Origin: Candidatus Falkowbacteria bacterium
Lineage (GTDB): Bacteria > Patescibacteriota > Patescibacteriia > UBA11705 > JABHMO01
Direction: 5' to 3'
NCBI GenBank assembly: GCA_018674305.1
Contig: JABHAL010000004.1
Coordinates: 446-64,445, forward strand
DNA: 64,000 nt
Position numbers and translations under genes: made by a program. The notes below the pieces were generated by a model. That model saw only the letters and a program-made list of their open reading frames with translations, ran no database searches and was not told the origin of the DNA. Below, piece after piece: positions 38,971 through 50,687 of the stretch (its first letter is position 1; each line of letters begins with the position of its first letter).

Positions 38971-39190
38971 TTGTTACATGCTACATGTTTCATGTTTCAT
39001 GATTTAAAGTTATCCCCAATAATCTTTTTTTTTGCTAATCACTATTGTTTGTTTTGCGAAAAAGATCTATAATTTAAATGGAAAGCTACATTTGTATTTT
39101 AAAAATAAAAAATAATAAAAATAAAATCTTTTAAAACTTTCTAAGCAAAAATAAATTTCTGTTTAAAAAGTTTTTAGGAGGACAATTATT

Positions 39191-39514
39191 ATGCCAGCTA
39201 AAAAACGAAAAGCTGCTCCAAAGAAACGAAAGGCAGCTCCAAAAAAGCGAAAGGCAGCTCCAAAGAAACGAAAGGCTGCTCCAAAGAAGCGAAAAGCTGC
39301 TCCAAAGAAAAAGAAGAGAGTAGTTAAGAAGAAAAAAGCTGCTCCAAAGAAACGAAAGGCTGCTCCAAAGAAGCGAAAGGCTGCTCCAAAGAAAAAGAAG
39401 AGAGTAGTTAAAAAGAAAAAGGCAGCTCCAAAGAAACGAAAAGCTGCTCCAAAGAAACGAAAGGCAGCTCCAAAGAAACGAAAGGCAGCTCCAAAGAAAC
39501 GAAAGAGAAAATAA
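39191..39514 (+). CDS. Histone H1-like / KAAPKKR-repeat nucleoid-associated basic protein
   Basis: 107 aa composed almost entirely of KAAPKKR heptads. AGGAGG RBS. A terminator follows. Confidence 0.6.
   Translation: MPAKKRKAAPKKRKAAPKKRKAAPKKRKAAPKKRKAAPKKKKRVVKKKKAAPKKRKAAPKKRKAAPKKKKRVVKKKKAAPKKRKAAPKKRKAAPKKRKAAPKKRKRK
39197..39510 (+). repeat. ~15 tandem 21-bp coding repeats (aaagctgctccaaagaaacga and variants)
   Basis: Read directly. Confidence 0.85.
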
Positions 39515-39523
39515 GCCTATATA

Positions 39524-39556
39524 AAACAGCCCCGCACTGCGGAGCTGTTTTGGTTT
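39524..39556. terminator. Intrinsic terminator (cagccccgc actgc ggagctg TTTT)
   Basis: Hairpin plus T-run. Confidence 0.6.
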
Positions 39557-39614
39557 ACAATAATAAACTAGATTGTACTACAATCGAGGCCAAACGTTAA
39601 TATAATTCAAAAGA

Positions 39615-40367
39615 TTATTTTTGATAATCTCGACATGCGGACAGCAACGCATCACCAAACTGCGAACTTTTCTTATCTTTATAAGCAAACATAAGTTCAT
39701 CCATGAATGGAAACACCGGAAAAACTTTCTTTTCTATTTCTTCCTGGTTACTAGCATCAAATTCCAAAGTTCTGGCAAATTTATAAAAGAATCCCACAAC
39801 CGCGCCTTGACGTTTGTCTGGAGTTAGACTGGTGACCTCACTTTTTGCCAAATCATCCAAATCAACGTCTACTTCCTGTTGCGCAATTTTCAATAAAGCA
39901 TCTTTCAACTCCAGAAAAGTATAATTTGAGTTTACTCGATGTGCCTGTTTCATTGCTTGATCGAGCAGTTCAATTCCACCCTTTTGTGCATTTTTCGAGC
40001 CGATAGCTTCCAAATATATCATAATACTACTCACCACCGCTCTGGCATTTCGATAAACTCTACCCTGTTTGACCACGAATTGATCTTCGGACAACATCTC
40101 CTTTTCACTATTTGCAAAAAAATCTTCCACTAACATTCGACCATAGTCATGAGGAATTTCAATAAGGTCTTCATTTGATAACAAATACTCGCTCTTTCTA
40201 CCAACGACAAGAAGGCCGGCTTCATTGTCATACTCCATAAAACTTCTCTCCGGCGGACAAGTTCCTATATATCGGCCATCAACAAAAGTAGCGCCTTCTG
40301 ACATTTTTAATTTTTTTGGTTGAGGCTTTTCTTCATTTTCAACCTTTTGACTTGATTTTTCCTGCAT
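39615..40367 (-). CDS. Hypothetical protein
   Basis: Start trimmed to MQEKSSQ to remove the overlap with the upstream gene. Confidence 0.35.
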   Translation of the reverse strand: MQEKSSQKVENEEKPQPKKLKMSEGATFVDGRYIGTCPPERSFMEYDNEAGLLVVGRKSEYLLSNEDLIEIPHDYGRMLVEDFFANSEKEMLSEDQFVVKQGRVYRNARAVVSSIMIYLEAIGSKNAQKGGIELLDQAMKQAHRVNSNYTFLELKDALLKIAQQEVDVDLDDLAKSEVTSLTPDKRQGAVVGFFYKFARTLEFDASNQEEIEKKVFPVFPFMDELMFAYKDKKSSQFGDALLSACRDYQK

Positions 40368-40371
40368 AAAA

Positions 40372-41631
40372 TTACAATTGTTTATTTTTTTGTAATTGTT
40401 TATTAATATCCGTCTCATCAAAAACTTTCACAGTCCCATATTCCCCATCATAACCAGGTTGAGTGTAAACTTTGCCTTCCCGGACACGGATAATTGCTTC
40501 AGCGATTATTTCACTGGAAATTAATTCGATTTCTTTACGAGTTAGATCTAATAATATTTCAAATTCAGTTTTCTTTTCTAACATTTCTTCAAAAACTGTT
40601 TGCACGGTCTTTGTGAGCTTACCTTTTTGATAACATTCAGCAATAATTTCTTGAAGTGGGACTAAACTTTTGAAAGGAGTTGCATTTTTCGGTCTGAATC
40701 CAAGTTTCCGATCCGCTAGATCATCAACTCGATGTTCAACTCCTAAAACTAACTCTTTTTTACAAACTGGACAAATATTCTTATGCTTATTTTTACTTTC
40801 CTGTGGAGTGCAAACGAATTTACATTTACTGTGGCCATCAAAATGGTATCTGCCCTCTTGCGGATAAAATTCAATAGTATATAAAAACTTTTTCAAATCT
40901 TTGGTTTTAATAATATTATAAATTTCATCGTAATTAACTTCTTCTAAATCAAAAACATTAGCTTCCCTGCCAATGTTTTTTGGACTATGCGCGTCTGAAT
41001 TAGAAAGCATAGTTAAATTGTCCAAAGCGGACAGTCGCCAATTCATTTCTGGATCAGAACTAAGACCAGTTTCTACTGCGTAAATGTGCGGCGTTAATTC
41101 TTCATAGCATTCTTCTATTGAATCATAGCCCGACTTGGAACCAAACAAGGAAAACCAAGGAGTCCAAATATGCGCCGGGATCACCAAAGTTTTTTCATTA
41201 GCCTCAAAACAAATCTGAGCAAGTCTTTTTGCACTCAATCCAATTATAGGTCGACCATCAGATTTTAAATTACAACCAAGCTTATTTAATTCCGCATTTA
41301 TCTTGTCAACGGTTTCAAAATCCGGCACTAATAAACAAACATGCTGACGCCTTGTCTTATCTTTATCTTTGTAAATACAACTTATTTCCCCACTTAAAAT
41401 AAACCTAACAGGGTTGTCATTCTGAGCTTGCCGAAGAACCAACAAGCCTGAACCATCTTCAGTTAATTTTTCTTTAAGTTCTTTCAAGTACTGCGGATGA
41501 GTAAAATCACCAGTCGCCATTACCCCAATCCCTTTTTTACTTGCCCATACAGCCAAGGTCACCACTTCCATTTGGGGTGAAGTAGCACGGGAGTATTTAG
41601 AATGAATGTGGAGGTCGGCTATTGTTCGCAT
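40372..41631 (-). CDS. PHP-domain phosphoesterase with a C-terminal Zn ribbon (COG1379/Endonuclease Q-like)
   Basis: N-terminal ADLHIHSKYS PHP motif and a CPVCKK zinc ribbon. Confidence 0.6.
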   Translation of the reverse strand: MRTIADLHIHSKYSRATSPQMEVVTLAVWASKKGIGVMATGDFTHPQYLKELKEKLTEDGSGLLVLRQAQNDNPVRFILSGEISCIYKDKDKTRRQHVCLLVPDFETVDKINAELNKLGCNLKSDGRPIIGLSAKRLAQICFEANEKTLVIPAHIWTPWFSLFGSKSGYDSIEECYEELTPHIYAVETGLSSDPEMNWRLSALDNLTMLSNSDAHSPKNIGREANVFDLEEVNYDEIYNIIKTKDLKKFLYTIEFYPQEGRYHFDGHSKCKFVCTPQESKNKHKNICPVCKKELVLGVEHRVDDLADRKLGFRPKNATPFKSLVPLQEIIAECYQKGKLTKTVQTVFEEMLEKKTEFEILLDLTRKEIELISSEIIAEAIIRVREGKVYTQPGYDGEYGTVKVFDETDINKQLQKNKQL

Positions 41632-41654
41632 GACACAGTGAATTAGTTAATTTG

Positions 41655-42023
41655 TTAATTAGTTAATTGGCTCTTCAAGTTATTAATATAACTATTCAAA
41701 CCAACCAATAATCCTTGATAACTATCATCAAGATGTTTCCATTTTTCTTCTGAAATATATTTCAAACTCATGGCAACGCACAAATGACTTCTTACTTCTT
41801 CCAATTCACCACGAGAAATATACAACACTCGAACTTTGTCTTTAAAAAAATATCTCCCTTGACTTTCGGCAATATTAGCAATGACGGAGTTTGCCGCCCT
41901 GATCAATTGCTGAATCAAACAAAACTTCTCCCAAGATGGAAAACCTTTTGTGATCTCATAAATTTCAATTAGCAACTCATGACCTTGTTGCCAAATTCTC
42001 AACTCACTGAATGATTTTGCCAT
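41655..42023 (-). CDS. Four-helix-bundle protein (23S rRNA intervening-sequence protein family, TIGR02436-like)
   Basis: 122 aa, pattern SELRIWQ...LIRAANSVIANIAEG. Confidence 0.7.
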   Translation of the reverse strand: MAKSFSELRIWQQGHELLIEIYEITKGFPSWEKFCLIQQLIRAANSVIANIAESQGRYFFKDKVRVLYISRGELEEVRSHLCVAMSLKYISEEKWKHLDDSYQGLLVGLNSYINNLKSQLTN

Positions 42024-42051
42024 ACTAATAACTAATTAACCAATTCGCTAA

Positions 42052-42810
42052 TTAACTAGTTCGCTCTCTAATCAACTTCTCAACTAATTCTAAATGATCC
42101 GGCGTATTAATTCCTAAACACTCAATCGGATGAATTTTAATTGAGTTAATCGTTTTGTTCTGTTGTACTGCCATTTCCACCAAATCTGTTAAATAATATT
42201 CTTGCTGTTTATTTTCATTTTTAATTTTATCAATATTTTGCCACAGCCAGTCGGAATTAAAACAATAATAACCTGGGTTTAACTCTTTAACTTGCTTTTC
42301 GTTCTCTAAACAATCTTTCATTTCCCGAATTGCTTGAATAGAATTATCACCATTACGTAAAATCCTACCAAAGTTGTAAAAAGTCTGACGCCAGTCATCA
42401 AAATCTTCCACTTCCGTAGTCATCATAGTAAGAACTGACCTTTCACTGTGATGTAATTCAAATAAATTTTCAATTGTTTTATGAGAAATCAAAGGATGAT
42501 CACCATATAAAACTAAAATTGAGCCCACAAAATTATTCAAATGCTCTTGAGTACAAGCTAAAGCATGTCCAGTCCCAAATTGATTTTGCTGCCATACATG
42601 ATCAGCTCGTTCTCGGACTTGATTACGAACTAAATTTCCTTTATACCCAACGACTACAACCGGTCTCCTACCTAAATTAACTTTATAAACGGCGTCTAAC
42701 ACATGCTCAATCATAGGCCTATCCAAAACAGGGGCCAAAACCTTTGGATGCTCACTATTCATCCTAGTCCCCTTACCTCCAGCTAAAATTACAACTTGTC
42801 GTTCGCTCAT
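42052..42810 (-). CDS. Sugar-phosphate nucleotidyltransferase (GlmU N-terminal-domain-like)
   Basis: VVILAGGKGTRM signature. Confidence 0.6.
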   Translation of the reverse strand: MSERQVVILAGGKGTRMNSEHPKVLAPVLDRPMIEHVLDAVYKVNLGRRPVVVVGYKGNLVRNQVRERADHVWQQNQFGTGHALACTQEHLNNFVGSILVLYGDHPLISHKTIENLFELHHSERSVLTMMTTEVEDFDDWRQTFYNFGRILRNGDNSIQAIREMKDCLENEKQVKELNPGYYCFNSDWLWQNIDKIKNENKQQEYYLTDLVEMAVQQNKTINSIKIHPIECLGINTPDHLELVEKLIRERTS

Positions 42811-43349
42811 ATCTCGTAAATAAAAATCTTGTGTTTTTCATTTCTTATAATTTGTACTGGCTCCCTCCAATCCTTAATCTTAAATGAAAAACAGATAACT
42901 TTAGTGCCCGGCCTTAGTTCTTTATCAAACTTTTCACGTAGGCGTACTAAATATTCTTCTAATAAATAACAAAAAACAATATTATACTTACCTATATTTA
43001 TTGTATTAAAATTCTGATGATAAATATTTACTTTAGACTTATAAATCCTATTTTTTACTTTCGCTAAAAAACATGCCCACAAGTTAACTTCATAACCATC
43101 CAAGACTTTGACGCCTTGCTTTTCGAACAATCGCAAAACTCGTCCCTCTCCACAACCCAGATCAACAACTTTATCTTCTGGTTTTAGTTTAACACTTTCA
43201 TTCAAATATGCAATTTGTTTTTTTGTCAAAGGCACAAAGGGCACTCCCCTGGCACGAATTACACCAACTAAAGTAGCAACTGTATAAAAAGTCATCACCA
43301 ACATGACCACGACAACGAAACCTAAGACGATACTGTAAAAAATTATCAT
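42807..43349 (-). CDS. Membrane-anchored class I SAM-dependent methyltransferase (paralog of 38425..38970)
   Basis: N-terminal TM plus VVDLGCGEGRV. Confidence 0.5.
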   Translation of the reverse strand: MIIFYSIVLGFVVVVMLVMTFYTVATLVGVIRARGVPFVPLTKKQIAYLNESVKLKPEDKVVDLGCGEGRVLRLFEKQGVKVLDGYEVNLWACFLAKVKNRIYKSKVNIYHQNFNTINIGKYNIVFCYLLEEYLVRLREKFDKELRPGTKVICFSFKIKDWREPVQIIRNEKHKIFIYEI

Positions 43350-43350
43350 A

Positions 43351-43779
43351 TTACCATTTTAAAATTGAATCATTATTAATTTGATATTGAGTCGCCATTC
43401 CTGCTGGGACTTCCAAGACATATTTAATGGCTGTATTTTTTGATTGAATTATTGGACACTCATTTATGGTTTGACAAGGAACCTCATTTGCTCGAATTTC
43501 TAAAACTTTTTTATTTTCGTCTAAAAAAATAATGTCCAAATCAAACATCATCTCTTTCATCCAAAAATTAGCTTGCTTCGGCTTATCAAAAATAAAAAGC
43601 ATGCCCTGAAAAGCTTCTAAACTGGGGACTTTGCTCAAGCCCTTGGCTAGCTCATTTGAACTTACAGATACTTTCACCTTTATTTGATCGCCAGAAGGAA
43701 CCCGTAAGTCTATGAATTGGGAAAAACCACAACTTGAGAACAAAAACACCATCAAAATTATAAGAATAATCCTGAACAT
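43351..43779 (-). CDS. DUF192 (COG1430) family secreted protein
   Basis: GLM...G.LF.F...FWMK.M..DLDIIFLD pattern. Confidence 0.65.
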   Translation of the reverse strand: MFRIILIILMVFLFSSCGFSQFIDLRVPSGDQIKVKVSVSSNELAKGLSKVPSLEAFQGMLFIFDKPKQANFWMKEMMFDLDIIFLDENKKVLEIRANEVPCQTINECPIIQSKNTAIKYVLEVPAGMATQYQINNDSILKW

Positions 43780-43837
43780 AACAGTTATATTTTAACACTC
43801 AGAGAAAAATTTTTCAAATCGTTTTAAAATAAAAAAC

Positions 43838-43925
43838 AGAGACATAGTCCTGGCGACCTGCCTCGACTGCCTGACGCAGTCGGGCAAGGCGGGCGACCTT
43901 CCCTCTATCAGAAACCATACTTAAA
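43838..43925 (-). terminator. rRNA operon terminator region. A strong GC hairpin (cgactgc gtcag gcagtcg, extended) sits between two copies of the 5S-trailer element gtcgccaggactatgtctctgttttttatttt.
   Basis: Direct reading. The element occurs immediately 3' of the 5S gene and again ~100 nt further downstream. Confidence 0.5.
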
Positions 43926-43963
43926 GTAGCTCGTCAAAATTTAAAATAAAAAACAGAGACATA

Positions 43964-44074
43964 GTCCTGGCGACGACCTACTTTCCCACTGTGTAGTATC
44001 ATCGGCGCTACAGGGCTTAACTGCTGTGTTCGGGATGGGAACAGGTGTGGCCCCTGCGCTAGAGTCACCAGGAC
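43964..44074 (-). rRNA. rrf: 5S ribosomal RNA
   Basis: The reverse complement matches 5S conserved blocks (CCTGGCGAC...CATCGGCGCTAC...TTCGGGATGGGAACAGGTG). A flanking processing stem cagagacatagtcctgg / ccaggactatgtctctg is present. Confidence 0.85.
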
Positions 44075-44159
44075 TATGTCTCTGTTTAAATAGAATATTT
44101 GATTCAAGTATAATAATTACAATTTGTAATCCGAAAATGTGAATATTAACATTATAGTG

Positions 44160-47140
<2,981 letters not shown>

Positions 47141-47351
47141 CAATAATACTAATATTATTGTCTTATAATTTTAATTTTTCGTATTTTTTCGTTTGACAAA
47201 ATTGCTATATTGTTAAAACATTTTTTTACTTAAATCTAACTTAGATTGTCAATGATCTTCGGTGTCATTTTTTATTTAGCCCCACGGTATTTTGGCTCTT
47301 GTGGTTAGTTGGTCTGTATTTTGCAACAGACACTTTTGCAAATAAAAAATA

Positions 47352-47392
47352 TCCCGACTTGATTTTCCATCCATCCCAGGAGAAAATCAAGT
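47352..47392 (-). promoter_or_regulatory. Perfect 13-bp inverted repeat in the rRNA leader (cgacttgattttc...gaaaatcaagtcg)
   Basis: Direct reading. Lies between the putative promoter and the 23S 5' end. Confidence 0.4.
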
Positions 47393-47439
47393 CGAAATAC
47401 TTTGTGTGGGAAATTGTTAACTCAATCAATGTGCCTTCT

Positions 47440-47467
47440 ATTATATAGGAATTTAAAATTATGTCAA
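47440..47467 (-). promoter_or_regulatory. Sigma70-like promoter TTGACA-16-TATAAT on the minus strand, ~300 nt upstream of 23S
   Basis: Reverse complement of tgtcaa at 47462-47467 and of attata at 47440-47445. Confidence 0.5.
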
Positions 47468-47552
47468 GGATAAGCTATGCACAAGTTATATACAATATTT
47501 TTTTGTTTAATTTTACGAAAAAAGCACCCTTTTTAGAGTGCTTGTATTTATT

Positions 47553-48050
47553 CTATGTTTTAGCCTTGGCATTCATTAATGCGTCGCTGATTTCATAGCA
47601 CCAAGGCGTTTTCTTTGTGTTTACAAGAACCACATACTTATCCCCGGAAAGAATAATCAAGCCCTGTTCAACCATTTCATAAATACGTTCGCAATCACCA
47701 TATAATATGCCATTCAAAGCTGGCATTTCTGATTCGGAAACAACTCTTGTTAAATGAACTTTTTTTTCTCCATCAACGTAACGGAAAAAACTCAATGTGT
47801 AGACACCCGGTTTTTTAGTGCCTGTAATAGAGACATGCAAAATTCCTGCATCCCTGTAAAGTTCTTTCAGTCTCGAGCTAACTTCCCAATCTTGACGGTC
47901 AAGCTTTGTCCGATCCTCCTCTATCTGATAAATCCTTTTACGCAATTCATTCGCTTCATCAATCAACGCCAACTTCTTTTCTGTGAAGGATTTATGATCT
48001 ACAAATTTTTCTTCAAACTCTTTTCGTAAGGTTTCTTCTTTTGTTGCCAT
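47553..48050 (-). CDS. Hypothetical protein
   Basis: 165-aa ORF. A terminator hairpin lies downstream at ~47527-47550. Confidence 0.4.
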   Translation of the reverse strand: MATKEETLRKEFEEKFVDHKSFTEKKLALIDEANELRKRIYQIEEDRTKLDRQDWEVSSRLKELYRDAGILHVSITGTKKPGVYTLSFFRYVDGEKKVHLTRVVSESEMPALNGILYGDCERIYEMVEQGLIILSGDKYVVLVNTKKTPWCYEISDALMNAKAKT

Positions 48051-48068
48051 TCATTTCTCCTTTTTAAT

Positions 48069-48536
48069 CTATATTGAATTTGCCATTTGAATTGCCAAAT
48101 TAACTGTTCCTTTTAAAGTATCTGCAATTGGTACGCCATGCTTTTTCGCATAATGGCGAATGTAACCCATCTTCTTCGCTTCAGGTGGAGAACCAAGGAC
48201 AACCTTACCAGAATTCTCCCAACGTCCCCATTCTACATTAGTTGTAAAACCAGGCATGGTTTCAAGCACACGCGGAATCCAGAACAAAATGCAATCTGCT
48301 GCATTCATCTGTTCGTCTTCCCAGTCAACTTGATACTCCCAATTAAATGTTTCTAGATCACGACTCTCAGGAATAAAAATATTTCCATCAAACCCAAATT
48401 GTTCAAAAAGCCTAATTGCTTCTGGTCGCCAAGACGAAACAATTGGTTCAACCCAAGGCCTTGGAGTTGGCCCAGCTAGAAAAATTCTTTTTTCCGCATC
48501 ATCAACCAGCGGATCATCTACGTGAAAGACTCTCAC
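48069..48536 (-). CDS. Nucleoside 2-deoxyribosyltransferase-like protein
   Basis: IFLAGP Rossmann-like motif typical of the NDT superfamily. Paralogous to 52186..52680. Confidence 0.45.
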   Translation of the reverse strand: MRVFHVDDPLVDDAEKRIFLAGPTPRPWVEPIVSSWRPEAIRLFEQFGFDGNIFIPESRDLETFNWEYQVDWEDEQMNAADCILFWIPRVLETMPGFTTNVEWGRWENSGKVVLGSPPEAKKMGYIRHYAKKHGVPIADTLKGTVNLAIQMANSI

Positions 48537-48616
48537 TTAAACCTCCGAATTACAAATTGAAAATGAACCGTTAAGAATTTACATTATATAAAATATACTC
48601 TTTTGTCAACAAAAAC

Positions 48617-48652
48617 CCCGCCTGCTACATTATAGCGGCGGAGCTGTTTTTT
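48617..48652. terminator. Bidirectional terminator hairpin (cccgcc...ggcgg plus T-run)
   Basis: Direct reading. Confidence 0.45.
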
Positions 48653-49445
48653 ATTTCTGTACTCTCAAAGCTTCTCGCAAATAATCACCTGCTTCATCTA
48701 AATTGAGTCTGTCTTCTTCGTCACGCAAAAGCCCTTCCGTATCAATACAAATATCTGGATACCTTTTCACGATTTCAGGAATCAAATGAAAAGTTCCCGC
48801 GGACAAACCACCAGCTACCCCATAACCAATTCCCAAACTTGGTTGGTAAATTGATTCAAGATAATAAAGTAACTGTGCTTGATTTAATGGTTGACCAAAT
48901 CCACAACTTGGATCAAGTAGCACATAATCAATGTGCCGGGAGTAGGCATTAATCAAACTAGCCATCACGTCTGGGTTTCTTACTCTTTCAAAAGCTCTTG
49001 ATCCAATCTGTAAAACAATTACAACGTTAGGATACTCATTTCTGAATAGTCTAAGTTCATCAAGACTTGGCCAAGGAATGTTCAATTGAAAACCATGACA
49101 GGCTGGGCCAGCAATATTCATTAAAATTGCCATTTCATCAGACAGTTTGCCGCCCAGATCTTTTTTAAAATTGAAATGAATCAAATTCAAGGCACACGGA
49201 TGATCCACGAAAATACTTTGAATTTCCTCTACCTCCGAATAACGATTAGGCCACCTGTTTGCAACTCCACATAAAGACTTTGAGCTGACCAGAACGCCAA
49301 CCATTAATTTGTGTCTACCTTCCGCTGGCATCAAGGCCAACATTGCTTCAACTTCCTGCCGGCTCACGAATCCAGTAATTCCGATGTACGGCTTATTCAC
49401 GCTCCCCCTCCATTTAAAGGAACACCCACGTAGGTAATTTAGCAC
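48651..49445 (-). CDS. Hypothetical TIM-barrel-like protein (weak resemblance to phosphoribosylanthranilate isomerase)
   Basis: IGITGF at the N-terminus and DYVLLDPSCGFG near the C-terminus resemble TrpF patterns. Low confidence. Confidence 0.3.
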   Translation of the reverse strand: MLNYLRGCSFKWRGSVNKPYIGITGFVSRQEVEAMLALMPAEGRHKLMVGVLVSSKSLCGVANRWPNRYSEVEEIQSIFVDHPCALNLIHFNFKKDLGGKLSDEMAILMNIAGPACHGFQLNIPWPSLDELRLFRNEYPNVVIVLQIGSRAFERVRNPDVMASLINAYSRHIDYVLLDPSCGFGQPLNQAQLLYYLESIYQPSLGIGYGVAGGLSAGTFHLIPEIVKRYPDICIDTEGLLRDEEDRLNLDEAGDYLREALRVQK

Positions 49446-49495
49446 TTATATATGTTTTGTAAAGTCTAAAATTATGAAAAAAAATAACACGCTCA

Positions 49496-49580
49496 TGGTG
49501 GGCGGGAAAGGACTTGAACCTTCACGGCCGAAGCCACCAGTTCCTAAGACTGGCGTGTCTACCAATTTCACCACCCGCCC
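49496..49580 (-). tRNA. tRNA-Leu (anticodon UAG)
   Basis: A hand fold gives acceptor GGGCGGG/CCCGCCC, anticodon loop CTTAGGA, a long variable arm and encoded CCA. Confidence 0.8.
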
Positions 49581-49735
49581 ATCATGAACGTGTTATTTGC
49601 AATTTTTACCCTCCAAGAATATCATACCCCAATTAGTTAGTCAATATTTAAGGTTATTTTACTAACAAAACAAGGTAAGACCTTGACAAATTTTGTAAAT
49701 TAAGCTAAAATATAATGTTTTAGACCCAAAAGGGC

Positions 49736-49764
49736 TTGACAGATGATAGTTTAGTGTGTATAAT
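49736..49764 (+). promoter_or_regulatory. Consensus sigma70 promoter TTGACA-17-TATAAT for nadK-pncB, with a GTGTG-N5-TACAC palindrome overlapping the -10
   Basis: ttgacagatgatagtttagtgtgtataatacac read directly. An AAGGAG RBS precedes the ATG at 49809. Confidence 0.7.
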
Positions 49765-49808
49765 ACACTTAGTAGGAACTTTGACAACTTTTTTATAAGG
49801 AGCCCCTA

Positions 49809-50687
49809 ATGGCTGACAAAAAAATTGCACTTGTTTGGTTCAAACCTCGCAATGTGCACACAAAAGAGGAAAGCTTTCAAAAATACATTGAAACACTAGC
49901 AGCAAAAGCTGCAAAAATTCGAAAGCAAATTGGCATCAACTATTTGCCACATCAGTCAGAATACATTGGAGTGGTTGGCGGTGATGGTCCTCAGATTGAA
50001 AGAGCAAAAGAGTTTGCCCATCTAGGAATTCCGATTTACGGAATCAATATGGGAACATATGGATTTCTTCTCAATAACCACGGTGATAACGATGATATTC
50101 GTGCAGCGATTGAAGCTGCCGTCTGGATCAAATTCCCTTTGCTGGATATTGAAATTGAATACCTTGATGGCTCAATTGATAAGACTCTGGCTTTTAACGA
50201 CCTATACACAAAAACCTCTGGGGTTCAAACCGCAAAACACAGAGTTTTTGTGAATGGTGAAAACATTATTCCTCAGGTCTTTGATGATCGGGAAACTTTC
50301 GCCATGGGTGACGCTGTAATTGTTTGCTCTGCAGGTGGTTCGACTGCCTACAACCGAGCAGCCGGTGGAAAAGTTTTTTCTCCCAACGCTAAGGTTTTTG
50401 GCATTACCATTGCATCTCCGTTTCCGATTCCATTCAAACCGATTCAAGTGCCTGATACCAGTGAAGTTGTCATTGAAGTTCTGGAAGATGAAAAGCGTCA
50501 ACACATGATTATTGCGGATAATGAAGCCTACACCGATGTACGAAAAGTTACTATCCGCAAGTCTGAATTGACGGTTACCCTGGGCTTCAAGCCTGGTGAA
50601 ACGCATCAGGACAAAGTCAAGAAAATGGAACAAAACCTAAGAGCTTGGAAAAAGAAAGCTCAAGAAAACGGAGGCCAAAATGCTTGA
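49809..50687 (+). CDS. nadK: NAD+ kinase
   Basis: GGDG motif and AGGSTAY. Confidence 0.65.
   Translation: MADKKIALVWFKPRNVHTKEESFQKYIETLAAKAAKIRKQIGINYLPHQSEYIGVVGGDGPQIERAKEFAHLGIPIYGINMGTYGFLLNNHGDNDDIRAAIEAAVWIKFPLLDIEIEYLDGSIDKTLAFNDLYTKTSGVQTAKHRVFVNGENIIPQVFDDRETFAMGDAVIVCSAGGSTAYNRAAGGKVFSPNAKVFGITIASPFPIPFKPIQVPDTSEVVIEVLEDEKRQHMIIADNEAYTDVRKVTIRKSELTVTLGFKPGETHQDKVKKMEQNLRAWKKKAQENGGQNA

Noticed and set aside
38970-39060. catgtttcatgtttcatg direct repeats upstream of the histone-like gene, with a similar string inside the lipoprotein gene at ~54040
   Set aside because: Short AT-rich low-complexity repeats. The second occurrence is coding (FMFSCFYVFMF), so the similarity is likely coincidental.
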